A stretch of DNA of 63,908 nt, the filler included, from Platydemus manokwari (lineage: Eukaryota): NCBI GenBank assembly GCA_037951405.1. It is 6 parts of 6 records of this genome, joined end to end, with 100 filler letters (N's around TTAATTAATTAA, not from the genome) between each part and the next. Parts side by side here need not be neighbours in the genome. Positions count along the whole stretch, not along the records: positions 26,951 to 36,005 come from JBBMOY011306872.1; positions 36,106 to 45,101 come from JBBMOY011317094.1; 4 more parts are not named here. One strand, written 5' to 3'. The translations under genes and the position numbers were made by a program. Below are positions 26,951-39,500 of this stretch, piece after piece (positions within the stretch are counted from its first letter, which is position 1; every line of letters begins with the position of its first letter). The notes under the pieces were generated by a model. The model made no database searches, was not told the origin of the DNA, and saw nothing but the letters and a program-made list of their open reading frames with translations.

Positions 26951-27839
26951 TAAATTTTTATAATTATAAATCGAGTTAGTTAATTACAGATATGTTTAAT
27001 AATATCATTGGTTATTTTTATAAAATATCGTAAAAATTGAGAATATTTCTCAATTTGCTTCTAATGTTATCAAAGGGGTCCTCGCTAATTTTCAATAATT
27101 TTCAGTTCGCACTACTTTTCTCATTTTTTTCAAATAATCAAATTTTACGAAATGTTTAAGCTCCTGTGTATTTAATATTTGATTTCAAACCACTGAAATT
27201 ATTCTTAAGTACTTAAATAAAAAATTCAAAATGTTTATAAAGAATATAATTAAATAAACTATATAGAATTTTGCATCCACTCAACAAATTAAAAATTTTG
27301 TTTTAGTACCCTTTTTTAACTTTTGACAAATGCAAACTAACACTTCGTAGCATTTATATTATTAGAGGAGTTCCTTGTCATCTGCGTAGTTTCTTCTTAA
27401 AAGTACTTTACCTTCATTTACACTCACAGGATTTATATACCTCAAAATAGCTTTCCAAGCACTCGAGGAATTTTAAAGTGAACTACTAATAATAATCCAG
27501 GATCTAGATAAAAATATCAAGTGGTTCATTGATGCTAGTCCAAGCGAATAAACCATATAACCAAAGTTACACATATAACCAATGAAAAGAAGTTCCATTA
27601 CAAATTCTGAAAATAAAGTCCAATTTGAATCACTGAAAATTTCGACTCATTTTATAATTATGATCAGCCATCACTCATGCGATAATCGTCATTAATTTCA
27701 ACTTAGTATAGTAAAGGTCAACTATCGGCTTCTTCCGGAAATACCTATAATTGGTATGATTATTTTAATTATTATTTTGTCAGTAGTTATACATTATTAT
27801 TAATATTTTACCCTAGTTTTGGTTTTAAATGCTGGTTTT

Positions 27840-28020
27840 TTAGTCTAGGAATTTATAATTAATTCAGACCACCACTTATTAAATTTTCGAAACACTTGGG
27901 AGATTGAACATACACATTGACTTCACGAAGCAAATAAAACGTATTATAAGTATCAACGTTATTGACTACCAGTATTTCTTTCTGTTGCCGTCTATTGAAT
28001 AATTGGACATTGTTAACACG
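27840..28020 (+). mobile_element. Possible very decayed AP-endonuclease fragment of an L2/CR1-type LINE
   Basis: With frameshifts it reads GIY..RPP, LGD(L)NIHIDF and LDIV, in the order expected for the APE motifs YRPP, GDFN and LDLV. Confidence 0.3.
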
Positions 28021-28410
28021 TATTATCCAGTATTTTTAAAGAAACTTTTTTAATCTTATATTTTCAACTGTTAGGTCCTCGAATAATACATCATTCTACT
28101 TTTGCGTCACTTAATTTATCAACCAATCTATCATTTAATTTTAATAATCCAATCTCACATCCATTAATTCATTCAATCGAAAGACCAACTCTCAGCTTAT
28201 TCTCATTGGTGTTTCATTCGAAATAATCACTTCCTACCATAATCTTAATACCTATGCCTGACCAATGGTTACAAATAAAAATTCGACCAGAGGAACAGTA
28301 ACATTTGAAAAATGAGCTGTCTCATGGTTGTGTGCATTACAACTAACCTATGATTAAAATGGATAGATAATTAAATAGGATAAATTTAGAATTTCGAAAT
28401 AATTATAAAC

Positions 28411-28758
28411 CCTCACATCACTTTTGTTTAAAATTTTTGATATTCTCTGAATCATCTCTGCATCAAATTCTCTTGATAAAATTTTCTACATTCAAACTTC
28501 TATTTCTTTTCCATATTACATCATTTATATATCATCTTTATATCCTCTCTATACTTTCTTTATATCGTTACTTTTTCTTCTTTATATATTCTATATATCA
28601 CTATATCTTCTATACATCTTCTCTATCACTTCCTTCTCTTCCACAATTCCATGCCACACGCATTATCAGAACCTAATCGAAATGTGTTGTCGCCATGTAA
28701 ACCGCTATTATTTTATAAAACACTTATTGAAAAATAACTGAGAAATCACGACATCAAA
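28411..28758. repeat. Second copy of the 20621-21357 TIR element (right part)
   Basis: Colinear similarity with 21001-21357, ending in the TIR AACTGAGAAATCACGACATCAAA. Confidence 0.65.
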
Positions 28759-31700
28759 ATATATTATAATTACCATTATTTAAAAAAATTAATCTCTTGT
28801 TTAAATAGGATCAATTTTAAATTTAAAGTTCTCATATATAATTTATTAACTTTGTTGAGTCGAGTCAAAAATGATATTTTAAATGGTACTGCACAAAATG
28901 GATGTTATTAGTTAAGTACTTAATTAAAAATTAAATTATTACTTGATATTATTTAAGTGAATAAAATAGAGATAATGCAGAATTATTACAGATATTAAAT
29001 AACTCTGTATAAGATAAATATAGCCATAATTACTATTAACGGAAGAATTGCTATTTAATTATCGTGCTTCTTCTAGTATATTAATAATGATATGGACGGC
29101 AATTATCAGCTTTGACAATAATTACGACTGTGAAAGAACACCTATGTAATTCACAAAGCACAAGAAGAATCAATTCAATTTATCAGGAATTTATTTTTCC
29201 CAAAAATTCCATTTTTATTTATTATGGTTCATGCATTCGTACATCAGTAAAATGTATGATATTATTATGTTAATAATACACTGTTTTGTTATTAATTATC
29301 AATTTGATACCCATCCTTGAGTATTGAGGAGTCTAGACTGAAAAAGAAAAACATTCGAGCATCAGCTAAATGGGTAATCTCCAACAATCGTAGATTAATT
29401 GCAGGAAAAAAACCTGGTCAGAGTTGAGGAGATGTTCGTAATAGTGTATCTAAAACGAGAACGTAATTGGAAGCTAATACCAAATCTTTAAAATAAAGGT
29501 TAGTAAACCATGCTTCTCAGCGAATAACTTAAATAATAAATAACTTAAATAATGAATAACTTAAATAATAAATAAATCCAACATAAATAATAAATAAATG
29601 TTTATCAGTAATCAACTCTTGCTTCGATTTTACTTGAACTCGGATTAAGTAAATATATTTTTATGATGAATTATTGGGCAATACATTTCAGGATTCTCAT
29701 TTTTTATTATTAACCATTATTATAAATCGCACGAGGAGGCACATGGCAATAAAGCGTACGATATTTAAAGTGACAATGATTTGATAATAATTGTAACATC
29801 GTTGTATAAAAAGATTTTCCATGAAATAATATTGAATATTGCAATTTAAAATTCTGAAAGTTCTGCAGTTGACATAAATAAAATACTATATATTGTTGGG
29901 TACATTCACCCTACATCCAACCTACACAAATAATATGATAAAATAAATGAATAATCAAACCCCAAAATTAATTTTAAAATCTACATTGCCATGACAATTA
30001 CAAATAATAATTCAGATTTTCATGGTGATTCACAAATTACTAAGGTGAAATCATTAGTAACCATGGAAAATAAATAAATAACCAAGGGAAAATTATTCAG
30101 CACTCCCACAAAAAATATAGGTATATAAACCCAGCCTAAAATTGAGAATACGCACTTAATTTTCACACTAGAAATTTGTAAGCTCTATCAGAAGCACTTC
30201 AGTTTTGTAAGAAACAACAGAACGCTCATTCTTCAGAGATAAATTAATTCTGAGAGAAACCTCATTATTTCTGCTCGAGTATTATCATAGCTCTTTTTGG
30301 AAAATTCAAGCGGGATATAAATCTTCTACGATTGGGATCAGCATCAATCCAACAGGGCCTTTTCATCAATTGATACACATCAGCTTAAGGATATTCTTCA
30401 CCGTAAGCTTCGGATCACCTCCTATAATTCATTCAATCGGTATATCAATGGTAAATAATATTGTTTTAACTTCATTCATCTCCTCGCAGAGCTCGTTGAG
30501 ATTTGCAGGCCTGAATTATTAATTGCAAAGCCACGAGGGTTTGTAAACTAAAATCAATCACTTCTTTAGTTCATTGTCCGAAGTAGGGCGGCACTTAGTT
30601 CCCTACGTCGGTTGTTCTCATCTTCAGGGTACAACACTTCAACTCTGTTAATCTAGTTGCATAACAACACATTTGATCATTTGCATTATAATAAAAGTAT
30701 TCCTATTATCATTTATTGTTTTATTATTTATTTATACTATGTTATCCGAATTACACGCAACCTACCATTCGGATTTGGATCAGATCATTGGTGGAATCTT
30801 CATTGTTCTGATTTTAATCATATTTATCTAACTTTCTGATCTTTCAACAAGTTATTAAAATTTTAAATTATCTTTAAATCGTTGCACCAAATAATATTTA
30901 GCACAGGCTAGAAGGATTCCATCAATTGCATTATTTTGGTCATCTGTTTCGTACTATTCACTTCTTTGTTTATGTTTTGTATTTACGTACAAGTTATTTA
31001 TTTACTTTGAATTTTTAATAATGTATTGATACAGAAAACATATTTTAATTATTTAAATTGCTTTGCGCGCATATCTGTTGCATTTTGGCCTTATAGCTTT
31101 TACTACTGAATATCAATTATAGTATTTTTGGGATCGCTGTTCTCTTAATCAGTCTCGTAGAGTCCATTCATTTCAAGTGACAACAATTATTTAAATGTAA
31201 TTTTTCAATTATAAATCTCAAATTCATGGAATCTTATCTTTTGCTATTAAACTTGTTGCCACATAAGATGATGATGGTATGATAAATGGGAATTTATTAT
31301 CAACAATCATTAATAAATCAATAAAAAAAGCTTTGAATACTAAATTTTATTGTTAAATGAGAGACGATACAGTTTAAATACTAAATAATACCATTAACAT
31401 TACAATTGATTTTAGCACTGCACGATGCACAAGACCAAATTATGTACTTAACAATTCCTGGACAAGGCTCGTGATTAAAAGACTCCAGTGATTCGAGCGA
31501 AATAAATTACCTTAAAGATTTTTGAAAGAAATCTCGATTCAACGGCGAGTAATGTTAATCAATATTTTACACAAATGTGTCTTACAGTGAAATACTGAGC
31601 ATATACCGAGTCCTGATAAACGACACGAAATTAACTTCTTCTGTTGCACTGTTTATCAAGATGTTATTGTCTGTCGTAATCGTGCTGTGATTGCATGTTC

Positions 31701-31779
31701 ACTGCAACTGTGTCTGTAATTTGTGCTTAAATTTGTTCGTTAATGAGTCGGTAGTAACTGTGACCAATTGAAACATTTA

Positions 31780-33065
31780 TTTATATATAACAAAATATTT
31801 TGACATTTTTCGGAAATTCACTCAGATTATCGGCTGATTGGCTAATTTACAATTTTTGATGACTGAATTGTGATTGTCCATTACTTGGTTAGATCAGGCT
31901 TCAATATCAATACTGATCTGGTTCTGTTTCCTTTTTTGTTTTTTATTTATAGTTCGATTTTGCCTCTCTCCTCGTTTAGATCTATGGTGACACCACTTTG
32001 ATGATGATGCCATATTCTTGCTGAGTGTCGAATGTTTGAAATGGACTACTCTCTTGGTAATCTATGAACATCTGATTCTATAACTCCGAATTTCAGTAGT
32101 GTCATTATTGTGCTTTGTGGAACTTATCTGAGCGACGAATTATAATTGTCTGAATGCTGACTGTGTAACCAGGCTTGTGTTTCACTATTTGATTTCGTAG
32201 TGGAGTATAATGTTCATAATTCCTACTGTGTACATTGTTAAAAAACATCCTCTTTGTCTAGTTTGCACTTGACATCAGCGGGAAAAATGGTTTTTATGAT
32301 AGGATTCCCAATGTATAAGTCAATTCGTAAGTTTGAGACTTCATCATTTTTGAGTAGGAATGGAATTGTTTCATTGACGTTTATGATTAAGTGTGGAGAC
32401 TTAATTTCCTGGTAGACTATTCGTAGGCATTCTTCATGTCTTTGCACAATTAGAGTCAGGCAAGAGATACAAGTTTGTAGAACATGCATCAATGTTTCCT
32501 CAGATGCATTGCATCTTCTGCACTTCCTCTTGACAGGGTCTCTTTCGAAGATTCACCAATTGACTGGCAACACATTCAACCCGACTTGATAAATAAATTG
32601 TTAGGCATGACCTCCAATGAGTCCGTTGTAAATTATCGAGTTATAACTTTTAATTGTAGTTATGACTTTGGCCAGATAATTTGATGCTTTTCCCTGAAGC
32701 CATTTCTGAAGGTAATATTCTCGGTTTAACTTCTGTATGATTCCAGTGGCTTTATTTATGTCTTTGTTGTCTATAAACTGAGGAGTTGTTGAGTCTAATG
32801 TTTATCTCATAACCTAAGATTTAGAATTTGATTGAGATTTAGTGAAGCTTTTTGAAATGAATTGCTTTTATTACACCCAACCAAAGACATTTCTTTGCAT
32901 TTAGATTTTTTGATGTGGCTGCTACTCCATTAAGCCATTTCAAGGATTGGTCAAGTGATGTAAGTGCGTCGATTAGAATTGATAGTGACGTTTGAAATAG
33001 AGTCTCTTGAATGCATTTGGTTCAAGTGAATATCCATTGAATTAAGCAGTTTCATATAGGCACAA
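31780..33065 (-). mobile_element. Decayed 3' part of an RLE non-LTR retrotransposon (R2 superfamily, NeSL/Utopia-like)
   Basis: The minus strand reads AYMKLLNSMD ... LQGKA ... *QFIYQVGLNVLPVN ... KCRRCNASEETLMHVLQTC (CCHC knuckle), QRHE, LRIDLYI..DVKC (PD-(D/E)xK-like nuclease) and terminal SNIRHSARIWHHHQSG. Stops and frameshifts are present. Confidence 0.8.
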
Positions 33066-33699
33066 GCTCACATATATATATATATATATATATAAACATC
33101 AAAAACTTTAACCAAAAAAATAATGTTGTGGAGAGAAATAAAAATTTATTAAGTAAATATGATTAATACATTTTGCCATGGAAACAGTATGTGTGACCTT
33201 AGTAAATTGAATAATGAATAATGAATAGTAACTCCCACAAACCCCACAATTTCACAATCTGATGCACAATAATTTCATAAGCCGGTACATGAAAGTGAAC
33301 TCATATTCACTCTAGATTTCTTTCATATTCGGATTTATCGATTATTTTCAAGCAGTATAACATTGTATCGAATTTGTTAAGGAATCAGGATCATTGAAAT
33401 TTCCGTACTCATCTCAGTTCGAAATTTTCTTATTGCAATCTGATACATATTGTTCACGACGGTGTAATGATAATTATTTTCATTTCATACCGGGAGATGG
33501 AGACACTTAGTAACCTCCACCGATGTTATAACTGTTGAGGTCACAACACTAATACTTTTAAAATCATGCATTACACATTGTTAATTATTATTAATAGTAA
33601 CAAAAGTATTAAAATATTCAATGCTATTTATTTATATTAGTAGCACGCATCTTATTATCTGTTAGTTGTCAGATCCTTGGTGGAAAAATCAACTATTGG

Positions 33700-35690
33700 C
33701 TTCTAACTAATTATGGCTATTTAACGGTTTGAATAATCGAGAATATCTTGTTGATTTGAATTCCATCACTACATACATATTTATAACAAAAAATTTCATA
33801 TTCATTTTTTTGTTTATTACGGCTTTTTAACTCACTTAACTCTCTAACATGCTCACGTTTAGCTTCGTGTTGTATCTTTTTCTCGTTTTTTGTTTCTTTT
33901 ATATTTTTAATATTTGAAATATCTTTCCTCAAATCTATAATAATATCTCACGCTTTTAAAATCTCATCCTCAGTTTATATTTTGTCCTCCAGTGCTTTTA
34001 ATTGAATAACGTATAATTATCAATACCATGTTTAGTAATTTAAAAAAATTTCATGATAAATAATTTTCCTTTTACTATTAAAACCAAATATGAACATTTT
34101 CTGAAATAACTGAGTTTATTACTGCTAATAATCCAATTCTCATTCCACAATATAAAGTAATTAAAGGTAAAATTTTATATAACAGAAAGAGTTGTTAAAA
34201 TAATTGTAAAAGAAGTTAAAATCGAACCAAAATCTAAAATTTAATATATCAAAGGACTATCAAATCTTCTGCAATTATTTTTGAAATCACCATTTAAATT
34301 ACAATTTAAAATTACCACTCTTTTTTCATTCATAAATTTACAATCATAATTTTATTAATATTTCTTTGTAATTGATCGTTTTCATATCCTAAAATTTATG
34401 GCGCACTGTCATCAACTTTATTTTTGCTTCTTTTGTACATTTTTCCTACAAAATTTATTTTTTATTAGTACTTCATGTAAGGAAAATATGATTTAAATAA
34501 ATATTTGATTGGCTGACATTCTTGATCAGTTAAATTCCTTTTAATCATAATAAATTTAAGGAGATTATATGGGGAAATGGTCTATGGAGAAATATATTTC
34601 TAATAAATAAACTAATTTCATGTGGATCCTTTGATTCTTTAAATAACACATTGTTTAAGTGGAAAACCTTTTATTTTGTGATTTTTTATTAAATTCATAA
34701 ATTAATAATCTCTATCTTATAGTCACAAAACCTATTATCTTTCTGAAATGAGGAAAAGAACACATGTCCTCTGCTCTATGATTATTATCTAAGAAAACAG
34801 TTTCATCTTTAGTTCCAATACAACTTCCTTTTCATCTACATATTGAACAAGAAATACAGAACTAAATCCCTTCGCTTTATTAAACTTGACTATTTTAATA
34901 AAGTTGAAATCGAGAGTAAAACCACCACCAATCCCAATATTATTTTTTTGCTTTTGTAATATCCCAAAAACGATACCAATTTATGTTTTAATTTTGAATT
35001 TAATTCAACGAATTTATGGAAATTTTTAGGAGTTTCATCATTAAAAATTGTGGTTCTGATTAAAACGGAAATACTATTGATTCATTTTTTCCGTAAATTC
35101 TCAGCTTTCAATGTGCTAAAGTTGTCCTTTACGTTTGATTTTATATGTTTCAGATCCAACGCTACATCTAAGTCTTCGGATTCTGGGTTCGAGACATCAG
35201 TTTCTTTCTTGATAAGTCTGACGGCTTCATCTATATATATTGAGTTCATTTGTATTGAGCCAAATTTGTAGCTCTTATTAAGAAACCCTTCAATGAATAT
35301 TTTCATAAAGACCTCTTATTTATTTTTGATATTAATTTCAGCCAGGGAAGTTTTTACTCTTTTTAAAAATTCTTTGATGGACTCTGACAGCCGTTGATGA
35401 AGTGTCCTGACAGTTATACATGGTGTCATTGCTAACTTCTTCTTGTATATATCGACCAGAAATTTCTTAATGGAAGATAACTCTCCTCTGCAACTTAAAT
35501 CTGATTTTATTTCTGGCTTTACACCAGGATCAATATAATTTAATATGAATTTGCTTCTCAAATTTTCCGGAATTTGCATTGTTCTGCATATTCATCCACT
35601 GAATAAATGAATTCTTCCACATTTTCAAAATTACAAATAGGTGGTTCTTTGAAAATTAAAGGCGATTTTTCTAAATCTGTTCGTGATGTC
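33700..35690 (-). mobile_element. Decayed Ty3/gypsy-like LTR retrotransposon (gag-like ORFs plus traces of pol)
   Basis: ORFs 35579-35316 and 35306-35082 continue in one frame across a stop and contain a gag-type LxQxxxESIxEFxxR motif. Further downstream are RT-start remnants (KCTKEAKIK; KKSG..GDFK). Boundaries are approximate. Confidence 0.55.
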
Positions 35691-36005
35691 AAGTGAGAGA
35701 GAATTGTAGAATATTAATATTTATTAATTCACAAAGTTATACAAATATATTGTATTTAAACAAATACTTATATATACATATATTACAAATAATATAATCA
35801 AGTTTTAATCCTTTATCTAAACAATATAAAACATACTGAGAAAACTACCCACATAATTCTCCTTATGTTTGTATATGATTTTATAATATATCATCTTATC
35901 TTTATTAAAGAATTCATAAATTTCTTTAGTATTAGGTTGTTGGGAAAATAATGGCCGTTTGTAAACGTATACTTTAAAATACTATAACTCGCTTTAAAAT
36001 GAACT

Positions 36006-36105
36006 NNNNNNNNNNNNNNNNNNNNNNNNNNNNNNNNNNNNNNNNNNNNTTAATTAATTAANNNNNNNNNNNNNNNNNNNNNNNNNNNNNNNNNNNNNNN
36101 NNNNN
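36006..36105. other. Artificial contig join
   Basis: Linker at 36050-36061. Confidence 0.98.
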
Positions 36106-36112
36106 AATAATA

Positions 36113-36181
<69 letters not shown>
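36106..36181. repeat. (AAT)n microsatellite at the contig edge
   Basis: Near-perfect AAT run, seen directly. Confidence 0.95.
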
Positions 36182-36182
<1 letters not shown>

Positions 36183-36502
36183 GCCATAACTAACCTGATA
36201 ATAATAACGATAATAAATAATAATAAATTCATAAAAATCCAATTGATAAAATATTTATTTATTATTAAATAATGAAAGATTAAAACAAAAATAAAAAATA
36301 ATTAAAAGCAACAATTGTATCTCATCATTCTCGTTGTGGTAGTGGTTGTCGTCGTCAGACAAAAATAGAGATCATTATCATATAATAGAAAAATTATCAA
36401 GATAAAGATGAAAATAATAGATTGATGACAACATTGTTGCGAGGCACAATTTAATAAATGCATGTGGGAGAGAAGGGAGGGACAAAAGGACAAATAACTC
36501 AC

Positions 36503-39500
36503 ATCCTCGCCTTCATTTCACAACATTGATAGAGAGGACAAGAATTATTGATATTGCGACTGCTATAGAAATCATTGTCGTGATCTTCATCAGAATGTGT
36601 TTGATCCGGTAATTCAGTGTAATCATTGGATAACTTATTCATTGGTACGAGCTTTTGAAGATTTTTGATTTCCGCTTCCTTCTCTGCCAGTAATTCGATC
36701 GTTCTGTTTCGATGTTTCGTTAATTCCGATTGAAGATCTAGAATGGTTTGATTGTATTCTTGTTGAAGTTTCAATATTTCCTGTTTGTGTCGCCATTCAG
36801 TCTCTAAATATTCATATATCATATATCATATTCATTCTCTATCAAAACTCAACCCATATTAATCACAAACTGACAATATTTCTCCAAGAAAATAATGGAT
36901 AAAATGTGGGACATAAACGTGTGAACACATTTAATGTCTTGAATAATATTGATGATATCAAATATGTTAACAATAAAAATCAATATTTTTAGAATAATTT
37001 TGTATTGAAAATTTTCAAATCGGTATTTCTTATAAATGATGAATGATTTTATAATTATTGTGGGTTGCATTGTCAAGTGAAAAATCAATAATAATAATAA
37101 TTATTATTATATTTTTAAAAAATCCGACAAAATTGATTTTTGTTGACATTCTGAAATTCATTTTTTTCCAGACCTTGTATTGATTTATCCACAGTTTTAT
37201 TTTTGTTCTATTATTTTTTATTTATTACCATAACTACAGTTGTCATGGAAATTGTCAAGGCCATGACGATAGATGCAGATTTCCAGAAATTTTCTCCATT
37301 AAATAGATCAGTTTACTAATCATTTCGATCATCAGTGTTGGAACTTCGAACCCGTTATGCACATTCATTAATCCAACCAAAATAACTCCAAAAATTATCT
37401 GCCACTACTACTACATCATTAGCTTGAAATATTTCTGTAATTAGAAATGAAATTCTTAAAAATCTCCTCAAATTCAATGACTTCATTCACTGTTGTCTAT
37501 CGATATTCATAGCTACTGGATGAAATGTATCTATGATGCGATACAATTCTTTATTTCCAAAAGTGTTTATGAGATACTTTGATGATTGAATATCTGATTC
37601 TTCTATCGCTATTACTCATCAATATCAGCACAGATATTGAATTCGAACCGATCAGTTTCACTCATATACACACATATGGCTCTAAATATTGAGCTGTCTT
37701 GACACAATTTCAGTCTAATTAGCCATGAGCCATTATTGCTGTGATCAAATTATTATTTCATCAATTTTTATCGCATTATTATTATTATTATTATTATTAA
37801 TCTGATATAAATATATCCGATAAACAATAGAATAAATAATATCAAAACATGTCAATCAAACAGATTGAATGAAATGGCTTCATTGATTGAAATCCCAACC
37901 GAATAACACGTGAAAGCATTTTTCCAAAATGGCATCAAATTCATGGAAGAAGAATTGAATGAAATGAATCAGTTATAAAATAGATTGATTGTTAAATGAT
38001 CGATATGGGCCCGTTTATTGAATTAATTGATAAATAAATGTTTTGATTATTAATTAATTAAATCAATTAATTGAATGAATTTCTGTCGTCATACTACTAG
38101 TTATTGCATTCAGCTGACAGCGCTTATCTCAAAAATAAAACCCCCCGCAACCATATCGATTATCAACTAGAAATATTATCAAATTATATTTAAATCAATT
38201 GATTATTAAATTGTCAATACAAATATATATAATTATATACAAATATATACAAATATATACAATTATATACAAATATATACAAATATATACAATTATATAC
38301 AAATATATACAATTATATACAATTAGATACAATTATATACAAATATATACAATTATATACAAATATAATCGAACAAACTCTGAATTCCATCCTTGAGATT
38401 CTTGACATTCCTCATTGAAGAAATGTCCAGACTGGACAAATCATCTTGGAGTTCTGAAATTTTCGATTTGGCAATAGCGAGCTCATTGTTGAGCCGATCG
38501 ATAACTTGTTGTTGATATGAGCCTGGCAATACAGCACAATTCATTTTGATGAATTCTTGCATTGCTAATTGTGAACACTCTAGTTCTTCTCTCAATTGAA
38601 CGATCTTTAACTGACAATCACCAACACATTCACCTAAACCCATCGAATCACGACCCATTATCGAACTCATATCAAAATTAGGATCGATTTTCAGTAATTG
38701 TAAACGGAGCTGAGAAAGTTTTTCAACAATTGTCTCAACATCGGAGCTCGAAAATATCTGAATGATGATGAAATATTTCATAGAATCGCTATATGTCTGT
38801 CTATAAGGGATACTGATACATTCAATCCATGATTAGTGAGTAATCGATCAATATCAATATCAATAATCAATACTAATCATCATCCAATTATATCAAAATC
38901 AATAATAATATCATCGATCAATATCAATATCAAGTATTCATCACAATATCAATATCAAGTATTCATCACAATATCAATATCAAGTATTCATCACAATATC
39001 AATATCAATATCAAGTATTCATCACAATATCAATATCAATATCAGGTATTCATCACAATATCAATATCAATATCAAGTATTCATCACAATATCAATATCA
39101 ATATCAATATCAAGTATTCATCACAATATCAATATCAATATCAAGTATTCATCACAATATCAATATCAATATCAAGTATTCATCAAAATATCAATATCAA
39201 TAATATTATCATCGATTATTTCCAAAATATTCACCCTTTCTGATAATTTTATGACAATTTTCTCTTCATAATTAATATTCATATTCATTCCATATTGTCC
39301 ATATTTAATCAATAAATGCTATTTTTATTGATCGATTAGATATGCCTTACAATCAATTGACACTGAAATAATAATAATAATCAATATTGGATAGAGATTT
39401 ATTGATTTCAATAATGATTGATTGTGATGAAATCGTTTAAATAACAATCGAATATCTTATCATTGGCTCATATATGATATCATGATCAAAAACAGTCATC

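Noticed and set aside
30240-30650. GC-richer segment with RPANLNELCEEM on the minus strand (transposase C-terminus?)
   Set aside because: Probably a TE relic, but no catalytic motif is recoverable, so it cannot be classified.
31871-31882. TGATTGTCCATT, resembling the 5' end of miR-219
   Set aside because: The match stops after about 12 nt, there is no convincing hairpin, and it lies in a retrotransposon 3' region.
36050-36242. Poly-Ile and poly-Tyr ORFs
   Set aside because: Translations of the (AAT)n microsatellite plus the linker.
38199-39243. Repetitive ORFs 38199-38396 and 38836-39243; CRISPR-like appearance of the 38917-39202 array
   Set aside because: These are intronic minisatellites. 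The apparent spacers are only ATATCA copies, not unique sequence, and no cas genes are present.
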